64,000 nt of DNA from an uncultured Candidatus Saccharibacteria bacterium (GTDB lineage Bacteria > Patescibacteriota > Doudnabacteria > UBA920), in assembly GCA_964532425.1 (NCBI GenBank), contig CAZHIA010000003.1:117365-181364 (forward strand), in the 5' to 3' direction. Both the position numbers and the translations under genes were made by a program. The first letter of the stretch is position 1, and every line of letters starts with the position of its first letter. Below the pieces are notes generated by a model, which had not been told where the DNA came from, made no database searches, and worked only from the letters and a program-made list of their open reading frames with translations. Shown here in pieces: positions 54,817-63,558 of the stretch.

Positions 54817-56328
54817 TTACCCCAAACTCCGGCGGAGCTTGCCGGTTTCAGTGATCAGTTCAGTGGCAGCCTTTTGGTCTTCCATAAGCAAGAGCAGGTT
54901 CGATGACAAATTCTTGTGCAAATAGTCGTCTTTGGACTGCGGACCAAGGGTGATCCCCAAATGCTTTTCTGTCAGCGCGATATCTTCCTGGATGCTGTGC
55001 CAAGCCGGATGGCTCACTGCCAGACGTTCAAGGTTCTCGCGGTTCACGTACCGGCCGGCACGAACCAGATCGGAGTGCAAATTATGGTAATAGGTCTGAA
55101 CCACGTCCATCTCGGCATTGGACAGCTGCTTAAACGCGCGTCCGAGTCCGATAAATTCCGGCGGCAGGCCGATGGAATACAGGGCCGCGGTAAAATTAAT
55201 GGCGCGCGGCAGCTGCAGCTTGCCGGCACTGCGCTGATACGCTAAAAAGCCGATATGCTGGCGGCGTTCGCGCCTTCTGGGTACGGCGGCAAACAGCGGT
55301 TGAACATCTTTCAAAATTTTGCCGAGCGCCTGCTGGTAACTCTTCTCACACTTGGCGATTGCTGACTTGACCGCTCCCCGATCGCGCGCCGACACCGGCT
55401 GCACTTGGGTCTTAGGCAACTCTTCTTGTAGGCGCAGAATGGCTTTTTTGACTTTTACCAAAGGATAGTCGTACCGGAAGGCGGACTGGATAGTGACCGT
55501 ACGTACGCCGCCGTATTCGGCCAAAAAGCCGTCCACATTCTCGGGACTCAAACCGCCGCGGAAGATCAGGCTCCCGACGCCGATAATCGGATGCGCCGAG
55601 ATGCCACTCTGTTCCGAAAATTGCGCAATGTCCGAAAGCGCGACTTTATTGGCAAGCATGGTGGCAAGAAGCCCCGAAACCAGTGCCGGATCACTGCGGG
55701 CCAAAAAGGGACGGATGTAGTCCGGCTTGCCGCGGAATTGCTTCTTGTGCATATCCAAATATTCGCGTAGCAGCTTTCCGATGCCCAACTGGCTTTCCAC
55801 GCCTTCCACCAGCGGAATAATCTCCATGTAATCGGTATTGGCCACCGTACGATGGTCGAACGTCTTGCTCTTAAAGCGCGCCAGCTGGCGGAACGAGCGC
55901 TGAATGTACATGAGCTGCTCAGCTTTTTCCGTCATGGGTAAAATAGCTTCAAACAGAGGCGGGCTGTGGAATTTCAGATCTACGGCAAAATCCTCGCTCG
56001 TTAAAATGACCATAAGCGCGCGAATGAGACTATACCCCTGCTCCTTCCAGATGTTTGGCAGCCGGAACGTCAAAAAATGCTCTTTGCCGATATGGAAGTC
56101 TTTAAAGAATTCGTAGTGATTGGAGAACAGTTTGTCGATGACCGCTTCGTCTGCGTACTTTCCTTCCCAGTCCCACATAAACTCTTCCACACCAAGGTCT
56201 TTGTAACAGGCCATGCACTCGCGCAGTTCTTCATAAATATTTACAAAACCGTTCCCGTCCGTTTCCCAGAACGGCGCACAGGCATTGTCCGGGTGCTGAG
56301 TAGCCATTGTAGAAGGAATTTTTCGCAT
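54817..56328 (-). CDS. Archaeal-type phosphoenolpyruvate carboxylase (PepcA-like).
   Basis: N-terminal IPSTMATQHPDNA signature; about 500 aa, much shorter than bacterial Ppc. Confidence 0.85.
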   Translation of the reverse strand: MRKIPSTMATQHPDNACAPFWETDGNGFVNIYEELRECMACYKDLGVEEFMWDWEGKYADEAVIDKLFSNHYEFFKDFHIGKEHFLTFRLPNIWKEQGYSLIRALMVILTSEDFAVDLKFHSPPLFEAILPMTEKAEQLMYIQRSFRQLARFKSKTFDHRTVANTDYMEIIPLVEGVESQLGIGKLLREYLDMHKKQFRGKPDYIRPFLARSDPALVSGLLATMLANKVALSDIAQFSEQSGISAHPIIGVGSLIFRGGLSPENVDGFLAEYGGVRTVTIQSAFRYDYPLVKVKKAILRLQEELPKTQVQPVSARDRGAVKSAIAKCEKSYQQALGKILKDVQPLFAAVPRRRERRQHIGFLAYQRSAGKLQLPRAINFTAALYSIGLPPEFIGLGRAFKQLSNAEMDVVQTYYHNLHSDLVRAGRYVNRENLERLAVSHPAWHSIQEDIALTEKHLGITLGPQSKDDYLHKNLSSNLLLLMEDQKAATELITETGKLRRSLG

Positions 56329-56379
56329 AAAAAGTGACGGGCTTACACGTTTAAAATTTAGACTTTTCCCATACGGGAC

Positions 56380-56560
56380 GACTCGCCTCGCTTTCGCTTT
56401 GACCTGCCTCGCTTGACGCGAGTCAAGGCGGGCGAAGCGGGTCGCGACCCGTTCGATTGACTCAGGGCCGTCCCGAGCCTGTCGAGGGGCGACCGTCCCC
56501 TACATAAAATTACATCAAAGCTCAGGTGAGCCTGCCTGCCGACAGGCAAGCGCGTAAGTC
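56380..56560. repeat. Cluster of REP-like palindromes (cttgac-gcga-gtcaag; gggtcgcgaccc; gaggggcgaccgtcccctac; gcctgcctgccgacaggcaagc).
   Basis: Several hairpins of the same families as 11475-11650 and 50480. Confidence 0.65.
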
Positions 56561-56598
56561 CTTTTCGTTAAAAATAGATGTACATACCTACTATCTGA

Positions 56599-57744
56599 TC
56601 ATCGAAAGCCCTTACAAAAATCCACAAACTCTCCATACCCTTCCTTCAACGTCTTCGTGTCCGCAGCAAAAGACAGTCGGACGAATCCCGGGCTGCCAAA
56701 CGCCTCGCCCGGTACCGCAGCGACCCCCGCTTCAAGCAGCAAGCGCCGGCAAAAATTCGCCGAGTCCTTGGTAATTTTCCTGATATCGATAAAAAAGTAA
56801 AATGCACCCTGCGGTTCTGTAAAAGAAATTTTTCTCGATTTTTTCAAGATCACCGTACACAGTTTGCGCCGCTTTTTCAGTTCAGTCACGAAACCCGCGG
56901 TCACTGTTCCGTCCTTTAAGCTCGCCAAAGCTGCGTACTGGCTTGGGACCGCCGCATTACCGCTCGTGTGGCTAACGAACTTGTTGAGGGCGCCAATTAT
57001 ATTTTTGTTTGCGGCCACATACCCAATACGCCAGCCGGTCAACGCATGACTCTTGGAAAACCCGTTCACAATCGCGACGAAGTCCAAGCTCTTGGCAAAC
57101 TTCGTGGCTGGCGCAGGCTTGGTCCCGTAGACGAGCTGGTTGTAAATATCATCCGCAATGACCATTATGCCCCGCTGCTCGCAGAGCTTTACAACCTTCT
57201 CTGTCTCATCATCGGAAAATACCGCTCCAGTCGGATTATGTGGCGAATTAATAATAACGGCTTTGGTCCGCCCGGTCACTGCGCTGGCAATCCTGGCCGC
57301 ATCAAGGTCAAAGTTCTTTTTCAGAGGCACATGAACCGGCACGCCGCCTGCTAATTTGATCTGAAAATCATAACTCACCCATCCTGGAAGCGGAACAATA
57401 ACCTCGTCACCCGGATCCAGCAGGACCTGAAACAAGCAATACAATACTTGTTTCGCACCGGCCATTACCGCAATATTCTGCTGGGAGACCTGAATACGGT
57501 ATTGTTTCTGTACAGAGACGGCCAATTCTTCGCGCAATTCCCCCATACCAAGCGCCGGGGTATACCGGTTTTTATCCAATACACGAGAAACCGCTTTGCG
57601 TACCGGCGCTGGAGTTTCGAAATCGAGCTCGCCGGCGGTCAAATTCCAAACCCGCTCTCCCTGGGCTTGCAGCGCTTCCGCTTCGGCGTTCAGCTGAAGC
57701 GTCAGGCTTTCTGAAATGGAATCGAGACGAGAACTTAATTGCAT
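56599..57744 (-). CDS. Class I/II pyridoxal-phosphate-dependent aminotransferase (aspartate aminotransferase-like).
   Basis: PLP-lysine block FSKSHALTGWRIGY; the upstream in-frame Met at 57792 lies inside the repeat element. Confidence 0.85.
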   Translation of the reverse strand: MQLSSRLDSISESLTLQLNAEAEALQAQGERVWNLTAGELDFETPAPVRKAVSRVLDKNRYTPALGMGELREELAVSVQKQYRIQVSQQNIAVMAGAKQVLYCLFQVLLDPGDEVIVPLPGWVSYDFQIKLAGGVPVHVPLKKNFDLDAARIASAVTGRTKAVIINSPHNPTGAVFSDDETEKVVKLCEQRGIMVIADDIYNQLVYGTKPAPATKFAKSLDFVAIVNGFSKSHALTGWRIGYVAANKNIIGALNKFVSHTSGNAAVPSQYAALASLKDGTVTAGFVTELKKRRKLCTVILKKSRKISFTEPQGAFYFFIDIRKITKDSANFCRRLLLEAGVAAVPGEAFGSPGFVRLSFAADTKTLKEGYGEFVDFCKGFR

Positions 57745-57770
57745 AATTTGAATCTTAATGCACAAGAACA

Positions 57771-57837
57771 TTTGACATTTGACCTGTGACATGTGACCGA
57801 ATGCAGTCGGTCAATTGTTAAATGTCAATTGTCAATT
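57771..57837. repeat. Inverted heptamer-array element: tttgaca tttgacc tgtgaca tgtgacc, an 11-bp spacer, then gtcaatt gttaaat gtcaatt gtcaatt.
   Basis: Seen in the sequence; the left block is 29/33 identical to 63495-63527. Confidence 0.7.
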
Positions 57838-57839
57838 GT

Positions 57840-58493
57840 TTATTTCACCCCTTCCCACTCGCTAAAAAATTCTTCTAAAAATTTTTCCATATATGCATGC
57901 CGGTTGCGGGCAAGCTGTTTGGCGGTTTTTGTGTTCAGCCGATCCTTGATGAGCAGCAGCTTTTCGTGGAAATGATGGATAGCTGCGGCTTCATGCTGCC
58001 TAAACTGTTCGACAGAAGAGATCTTTCTCGGCTTTGCTCCGGGAATGTACGGCGGTATGCCGTGAGCGCCTGCATATGTAAAACAGCGGACAACTCCCAT
58101 AGCCCCAATGGCATCGAGCCGGTCAGCATCCTGCACCACCTTCCCTTCTAATGATATCTTCTGCGCCTGTATGACATTCTTGCTAAAAGACATACGAGCA
58201 ACTATATGCAGAATCCGCTCCCGATCACCGGGCGCTACCCGCATCCGATTAAGCCATGCCCCCGCCTTTTCTTCCAGCCGATCCACTCGATCCGGTTCCA
58301 GCTTATAATCACCAAGATCATGCAGCAACGCCGCCATTTCGACTACGAACATGTCCGCGTGCTCAGCCTTGCCGATCCGCTTGGCCAATTGCCAGACGCG
58401 CCAAATATGCCACCAGTCGTGGCCGCTGCGGTCACCGGAAAACTCCTTTTTGATAAAATCTTCCGTTTGTTTAATAATCTGGCGCTTGGTCAT
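57840..58493 (-). CDS. HD-domain phosphohydrolase.
   Basis: HDWWHIWRV ... AALLHDLGD ... DADRLDAIG. Confidence 0.75.
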   Translation of the reverse strand: MTKRQIIKQTEDFIKKEFSGDRSGHDWWHIWRVWQLAKRIGKAEHADMFVVEMAALLHDLGDYKLEPDRVDRLEEKAGAWLNRMRVAPGDRERILHIVARMSFSKNVIQAQKISLEGKVVQDADRLDAIGAMGVVRCFTYAGAHGIPPYIPGAKPRKISSVEQFRQHEAAAIHHFHEKLLLIKDRLNTKTAKQLARNRHAYMEKFLEEFFSEWEGVK

Positions 58494-58504
58494 ATAAAAT
58501 TTAA

Positions 58505-58572
58505 AAATAGAAAGATAGAAAAATAGAAAATTAATTGCACTTAATTTTTAAATCTTTTTATTTTCTATTTTT
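58505..58572. repeat. Inverted heptamer-array element: agaaaga tagaaaa atagaaa, a spacer, then cttttta ttttcta ttttttt.
   Basis: Seen directly in the sequence. Confidence 0.6.
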
Positions 58573-59778
58573 TTATTGCGTCCCCCTGCCTACCGCTTCG
58601 CTGATATTCTTATATCCGTCTTGCTCGAGTAATCTGACCAGTCCGCGATTGATATCACTGATCGCTTCGGGACCTTCGAAGATCATGCCGGTGATCAACT
58701 GAATCAGACTCGCGCCGAGCTTGATCTTTCTATAGGCATCCTCAGCCGTAAACACGCCGCCGCACCCGATGATCACGAATTCTCCGCGCGTCTTTTGATA
58801 CAGATAGGCAATTTGCCGGTCAGACAACGCCTGTACTACCTTGCCCGACATGCTGCCACTTTGAGGCAAATCGGATTCCTTAATGTTCGGGTTAGACCGG
58901 TCTTTGGCCAGATTGGTACTGATAAACCCCGTGATTTTATGCTTGCGCGCAACTTCGATCATGCCATCCAAAACTTGTTCAGGCATCTCGGCCGGCATTT
59001 TGATGAAGACTGGTTTTTGGTTCGGTACCTGGCGTAAAGCTGTCATAAGGCGGTCGAACTTCTCCGGGGTAGTGAACGGCTCGCCGCCAAAGGCATTCGG
59101 ACAGGAAATATTGACCGTAAAATAATCGCCGGTGTTCGCATCCACGAAGGTCTTGTACGCCTTCACGTAATCCGCAATACCAGCTTGTTCCTCGACCGTG
59201 TCGGCACTGTTAGTCTTGGCAATAGATATCCCGATCGGTATTCGACTGACGGTGTAAGGACGGGCCTGCGCCTTACCGGCGGGCAGGTCGACCCGTTCAG
59301 AAGCGGAACGGTCTCGACCGTTCCCTACAGACTGTAGTCTCTTCACGATTGCTTTACATCCGTCATTTTTAAGTCCGTAATACACGACCAGGCTCCCCGA
59401 CCGCTTCAACCGCCACAGTCGCGGCTTGGGATTGCCCGCACACGGGTTGCCAGTAACCGAGCCAATCTCTTCAAATCCAAATCCCACTTCGGGCAGGATC
59501 TGCGTCAAATGCGCGTCCTTGTCAAATCCGGCCGCAAGGCCTATGGGATTTTCAAAACGGATGCCGGCAACGGTTTGGGCCAACATAGGACTATCATAAC
59601 CGAACATGACTCTCGTCAATCCGCGGGTTGCTGCCGTTTTGCCGAGCATGGAGCCGACGAATGTCATACGGTCATGCACCGCTTCCGGATCGGCAAGAAA
59701 AAACAACGGCTTCAGCACGCCTTTATACGCAACCCGGATAACTGCATTGCGCGCAATAATAAGAGAATCTTTAAGCAT
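58573..59778 (-). CDS. pyrD: Dihydroorotate dehydrogenase (quinone), class 2.
   Basis: N-terminal membrane-association helix; GNPKPRLWRL, IGSVT and GGV blocks; contains an in-frame REP-like insert. Confidence 0.85.
   Translation of the reverse strand: MLKDSLIIARNAVIRVAYKGVLKPLFFLADPEAVHDRMTFVGSMLGKTAATRGLTRVMFGYDSPMLAQTVAGIRFENPIGLAAGFDKDAHLTQILPEVGFGFEEIGSVTGNPCAGNPKPRLWRLKRSGSLVVYYGLKNDGCKAIVKRLQSVGNGRDRSASERVDLPAGKAQARPYTVSRIPIGISIAKTNSADTVEEQAGIADYVKAYKTFVDANTGDYFTVNISCPNAFGGEPFTTPEKFDRLMTALRQVPNQKPVFIKMPAEMPEQVLDGMIEVARKHKITGFISTNLAKDRSNPNIKESDLPQSGSMSGKVVQALSDRQIAYLYQKTRGEFVIIGCGGVFTAEDAYRKIKLGASLIQLITGMIFEGPEAISDINRGLVRLLEQDGYKNISEAVGRGTQ
59290..59330. repeat. REP-like unit (ggaacggtctcgaccgttccctacag) lying in frame inside pyrD.
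   Basis: Translated on the minus strand as ...QSVGNGRDRSASERVDLP... Confidence 0.65.
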
Positions 59779-60688
59779 TGGCTCGTTTGGATTTAATAAA
59801 GAAGAAAGCGACGATAACGAATGTGATGACCGGAGAAGTCCACTCCGGTATTTCGGCACCGAAACTGTCGGCGAGCATAATAAGACCGAGCGCGAGAATG
59901 GAATACATGGCCCCGTTCTTCAAAAATATGTACTGTTTGATGCGGTCGACATTATGCACGGTCAGCTGCCGGACCACGAGCGCCCCCAGGCTGTTCCCCA
60001 CCAAAATGAGTGGTACCGACAATGTAAAAGCAAACGCGCCGAGCACGCCATCAACAGAAAAGGTCGTGTCAATTATTTCAAGATACAAGATTTTGCTCAA
60101 ATCAGACAAACTACCGCTTTTGTCACGCAGCAAGGTCTCTTCGCTCTTGGCAGCGTTCTCTTTAAAACCGTGGGTAATAAAAAATGCGGTCGAGCCGGCT
60201 ACGGCTGCCAGGGCCATGTACGGATTCACGGCAAGCGCCTTCCAGACAATGCCGAGCAACAGGACAGAGATGACCGCAAAAAACCACACGCCTTGCCGTG
60301 CGATAAAACGTTCGCCTGGCAAGCCAAATTCCTTTTCTTCCAAAAATAACCAGTGAAAAAACAGAAAGATCAAAAAGACTCCGCCGGCCAGCAGAAGCAG
60401 CGGGGCCGAACGGTGCACCGCCTCCAGTACTTTCGGGTCGGAACTGAAGGTGGCGGTCAGTGCCCCAATAGGACCGAGAGACGGCGTTGCCAGCCAGACA
60501 ATGAGCCACGGCAGCAGACCTCTGACCACGAACACGGCAAACAGCATTCCCCACAGCAAAAACCACTTGCGGGCTTTCTGGCCCATGCCGGACAGGACTT
60601 CCGCGTTAATGATCGCGTTATCGATGCTGGACACCGTTTCAAACAGGCAAAGCCCGGCAACGGTAATGGCAATGGTAATGAAAGACAT
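59771..60688 (-). CDS. TerC-family / DUF475 integral membrane protein.
   Basis: ETVSSIDNAII and DTTFSVDGVLGAFA blocks; multiple TM helices. Confidence 0.7.
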   Translation of the reverse strand: MSFITIAITVAGLCLFETVSSIDNAIINAEVLSGMGQKARKWFLLWGMLFAVFVVRGLLPWLIVWLATPSLGPIGALTATFSSDPKVLEAVHRSAPLLLLAGGVFLIFLFFHWLFLEEKEFGLPGERFIARQGVWFFAVISVLLLGIVWKALAVNPYMALAAVAGSTAFFITHGFKENAAKSEETLLRDKSGSLSDLSKILYLEIIDTTFSVDGVLGAFAFTLSVPLILVGNSLGALVVRQLTVHNVDRIKQYIFLKNGAMYSILALGLIMLADSFGAEIPEWTSPVITFVIVAFFFIKSKRANA

Positions 60689-60738
60689 AGAGGGATCGTC
60701 TCCCCTCACTTTTCCAAAGAGAGGGGTCGGGGGTGAGT

Positions 60739-61107
60739 TCAAGGGGTGAACTTCACCGATGCAACCTGATAAATTTTCAAATATACACCTTCGATACTGC
60801 AGTTAACTTCGTTATTCCAAAAACGTAGTATGGTAACCCCCAACGAGCCTAGATAGTTGGCCCTATTTTCATCGTGCGATCGATCTGCAGGCCGGTTATA
60901 CTGACCACCATCTATTTCAAGGCATAATTTTATTTGGGGACAATAGAAATCCAAAATATATTTCCCGATGCTGTATTGCCTAAAGAACTTAAGGTTAAGA
61001 ATATTTCTATTGCGAACAATATTCCAGATTTTTCTTTCTTCTTTAGTCGATTCTTTTCTCAATTTCCTGCGAAATTGTTTGGTTCGGAGGGTATTGTAAA
61101 GTTTCAT
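60739..61107 (-). CDS. DUF559 (Vsr-like endonuclease domain) protein.
   Basis: ERKIWNIVRNR...YILDFYCPQIKLCLEIDGGQY...GVTILRFWNNEV. Confidence 0.75.
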   Translation of the reverse strand: MKLYNTLRTKQFRRKLRKESTKEERKIWNIVRNRNILNLKFFRQYSIGKYILDFYCPQIKLCLEIDGGQYNRPADRSHDENRANYLGSLGVTILRFWNNEVNCSIEGVYLKIYQVASVKFTP

Positions 61108-61179
61108 GGATTCTCTATTAACTTTCCCCTAGCCCCTCCCTTTGAAAAAGGGAGGGGGAACTGCATACCCACCCTTTCA

Positions 61180-61605
61180 TCAACTCATCAACCCTTTCTC
61201 CAACAGCTCTTGAAAAAATGCATCAATTTCGCCTGAAGCGGACATGGCTTTTATCTCTTCCATGGTAAACCACTGCGCCTCTGTGTGGTCTTGATCAATA
61301 ACGGGTTCACCTTCAATTTCACCGACATACGTGAGCCGAACCACATGTTTGTCAGGCCGCATGATATCTTGGGCCGCAATCAGTTTCGGTACTTTGATGA
61401 GCTCAAGACTAACCTCTTCTTTAATTTCCCGTTTAAGATTTTCGATCAGTGGAAAATCCGTATCAATCCTGCCGCCAACAATGTCCCAAGCTTGCGGCAC
61501 GTCTGGGTACTTGGCAGGATTTCTCCGCACTAATAAAAATTTCCCTTCCGGATTTTTTAGAAATGCCTTGACCCCCACTTGAAGCGGAAAATTTGAAGAA
61601 TCCAT
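61180..61605 (-). CDS. Nudix-family hydrolase with a variant Nudix box.
   Basis: GGRIDTDFPLIENLKREIKEEVSL (Gx5[D]x7[K]EIxEEx[S]L). Confidence 0.6.
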   Translation of the reverse strand: MDSSNFPLQVGVKAFLKNPEGKFLLVRRNPAKYPDVPQAWDIVGGRIDTDFPLIENLKREIKEEVSLELIKVPKLIAAQDIMRPDKHVVRLTYVGEIEGEPVIDQDHTEAQWFTMEEIKAMSASGEIDAFFQELLEKGLMS

Positions 61606-61609
61606 ACCT

Positions 61610-62911
61610 CTACATCCTATTAATCAACGCCTCTATTTCGCTGCTTTTTACTTCGTATTCTTTGCTTTCTTTTAAGTGCTTAACCTTGTAGGAATCCGTG
61701 TCCAATTCCTGCTGGCCAATGACCACAACCCAGGGGATCTGTTCGCGGTCTGCGGTTTTGACCTTGGCGGCGATTTTTCGATCGGTCAAATCCACCGCCA
61801 CATTCAGCCCCTGCAAGCGCAAATCGCGCGCGAGTTTATTGGCAGGCTCCACGAACGAAATATCGAATGGACAAATATATAGGTCGGTCGCCGGACGGTA
61901 CGGTGGAAGCAGATTGTAGGTTTCCAGGAAATCGCGAATGGTCACATCGCCCATACCAAACCCGACACCGGGAACTTTGTCCACGCCGAAAATGCCGACC
62001 AGATCGTCATACCTGCCGCCGCCGAACAAGGCGCGGGGGTTGACCGGAGACGTATCGTTCACTTCAAAAACAATGCCGGTATAATAGTCGAACCCGCGGA
62101 CCAGGCTGATATCGAATTCCGCATTTTCCACGCCGAGATTCTTGAGGCGGTCCAAGAAGACCTGCAATTCAAACACACTCTCATGCGTTTTCAGCTCATC
62201 AGGAAGCTGGTCAATATTCCCGGCGCGGACCACCTCGAGAATTTTTCGTTCCTGGTCTTCCTTTTCAACAATCCCGTGCAATTGCACAGCGAACTCCTCG
62301 CCGCTAATCTTGTGCATGCGATCGATCAACTTTGATAGCTTGTAAGCCTGCTCGCCGGTCAGCATTAAATACTCGTGCATGAGGTAGTTAAGCAGCTTGC
62401 GGCTGTTCAGCTTGATCTTGAACTGGTCGTCAGTGGCGCCAAAGGCTTTCATGATGTCAGATGAAACCCGAACCACTTCCAAATCCGCCTCAGTCGATTC
62501 CACTCCGAACATGTCCACATTCAACTGCCAATGCTCGCGCAGGCGGCCGCGCTGGGGCCGCTCGTACCGGAACAGATTGGGTATGGAAAACCAGCGCAAG
62601 GGGAACGAAAGCTCTTTGCGCTTCTGCGCGACCATGCGCGCTACAGTAGGCGTCATTTCCGGCCGGATGGTCACTTCCCTGCCCCCACGATCCGTAAAGC
62701 TGTAGGTCTGCTCGTTAACAATCTCTTCACCGGATTTAGCTTTGTACAACTCAGTCTCCTCAAGAATAGAGGCGTTATATTCCAAATAGCCATACTTCTG
62801 CGCTACGGAGCGCCAAACGGAAAAAATATAGTTCTGGATAAACTGGTCGTGGGGATAAAAATCCCGCGTACCCTTATACGGTTCTACGGAAAGTTTTTTG
62901 CTTTCAGGCAT
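61610..62911 (-). CDS. hisS: Histidine--tRNA ligase.
   Basis: Class II motifs, including FRYERPQRGRLREHWQLNVDMFG. Confidence 0.9.
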   Translation of the reverse strand: MPESKKLSVEPYKGTRDFYPHDQFIQNYIFSVWRSVAQKYGYLEYNASILEETELYKAKSGEEIVNEQTYSFTDRGGREVTIRPEMTPTVARMVAQKRKELSFPLRWFSIPNLFRYERPQRGRLREHWQLNVDMFGVESTEADLEVVRVSSDIMKAFGATDDQFKIKLNSRKLLNYLMHEYLMLTGEQAYKLSKLIDRMHKISGEEFAVQLHGIVEKEDQERKILEVVRAGNIDQLPDELKTHESVFELQVFLDRLKNLGVENAEFDISLVRGFDYYTGIVFEVNDTSPVNPRALFGGGRYDDLVGIFGVDKVPGVGFGMGDVTIRDFLETYNLLPPYRPATDLYICPFDISFVEPANKLARDLRLQGLNVAVDLTDRKIAAKVKTADREQIPWVVVIGQQELDTDSYKVKHLKESKEYEVKSSEIEALINRM

Positions 62912-62989
62912 GTAATTGGTGATAATATCCTTTTTATTATACAGAAAAATCACGTTTTTTACAAAAATACCAAGCCGGCAGGCTTGGCA

Positions 62990-63484
62990 TCAGGAATTCC
63001 TAGTTTCATTCGTTTTCCACGTTCGCGTCTTGTTGTATTCCATCTTCTTTTCCGCCTCGGCAGCCAGATCGAACTGATATGCGTGAGACAGGCCGACCAC
63101 CGCGAAAGCAATGTCAGCAAGCGCCAGCTTGAACTCCTCTTCCCTGTGCTGCCGATAATGTTCGTACGCTATCGAAGCCAGCTTATGCAGTCCGGCGATC
63201 TGCGCATCGATGGAGGCCGCTGGTTCAGGCGCGGAAAACTCCGCAGGAAACACCACGCCGTATGCGCCGGCCAAATGCAAAGTCCTCAGCAGGACGTCGG
63301 CCAATTCCTCATAAAAACCGTCTTTGCCCGTCAGGTTCTGCTTTTGATGCGCATCATATGCTTCGGAAATTTCGGAATGAATGAGTGCGATCTTTTCCGC
63401 CACGACCAGCTGGTCCGGCGCTATGCCGAAGCCTTTGCTGGCTGCTATCTCTAGGTTTTTTTGTTTGATGAGTTCGAGATTCAT
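62990..63484 (-). CDS. MazG-like all-alpha nucleotide pyrophosphohydrolase.
   Basis: EELADVLLRTLHLA motif; the upstream in-frame Met at 63517 lies inside the repeat element. Confidence 0.55.
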   Translation of the reverse strand: MNLELIKQKNLEIAASKGFGIAPDQLVVAEKIALIHSEISEAYDAHQKQNLTGKDGFYEELADVLLRTLHLAGAYGVVFPAEFSAPEPAASIDAQIAGLHKLASIAYEHYRQHREEEFKLALADIAFAVVGLSHAYQFDLAAEAEKKMEYNKTRTWKTNETRNS

Positions 63485-63494
63485 AATTAGGAAC

Positions 63495-63558
63495 ATTTGA
63501 CAATTGACCTTTAACATGGGACCGGTTGCAGAAAGTCAAAAGTCAAATGTTACATGTT
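63495..63558. repeat. Inverted heptamer-array element: tttgaca attgacc tttaaca tgggacc, an 8-bp spacer, then aaagtca aaagtca aatgtta catgtta.
   Basis: Seen in the sequence; homologous to 57771-57837. Confidence 0.7.

Noticed and set aside
57744-57792. The aminotransferase ORF (start 57792) and the MazG-like ORF (start 63517) begin with similar peptides, MSQVKCQMFLCI... and MLKVNCQMFLIM..., which look like a conserved leader sequence.
   Set aside because: The similarity comes from translating the conserved heptamer-array DNA element that sits upstream of both genes. The true starts are more likely the downstream Mets (57744 and 63484).
57771-57837. Short tandem repeats considered as a CRISPR array.
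   Set aside because: The units are 7 bp with no spacers of 25-40 bp and there are no cas genes. They are iteron-like heptamer arrays, not CRISPR.
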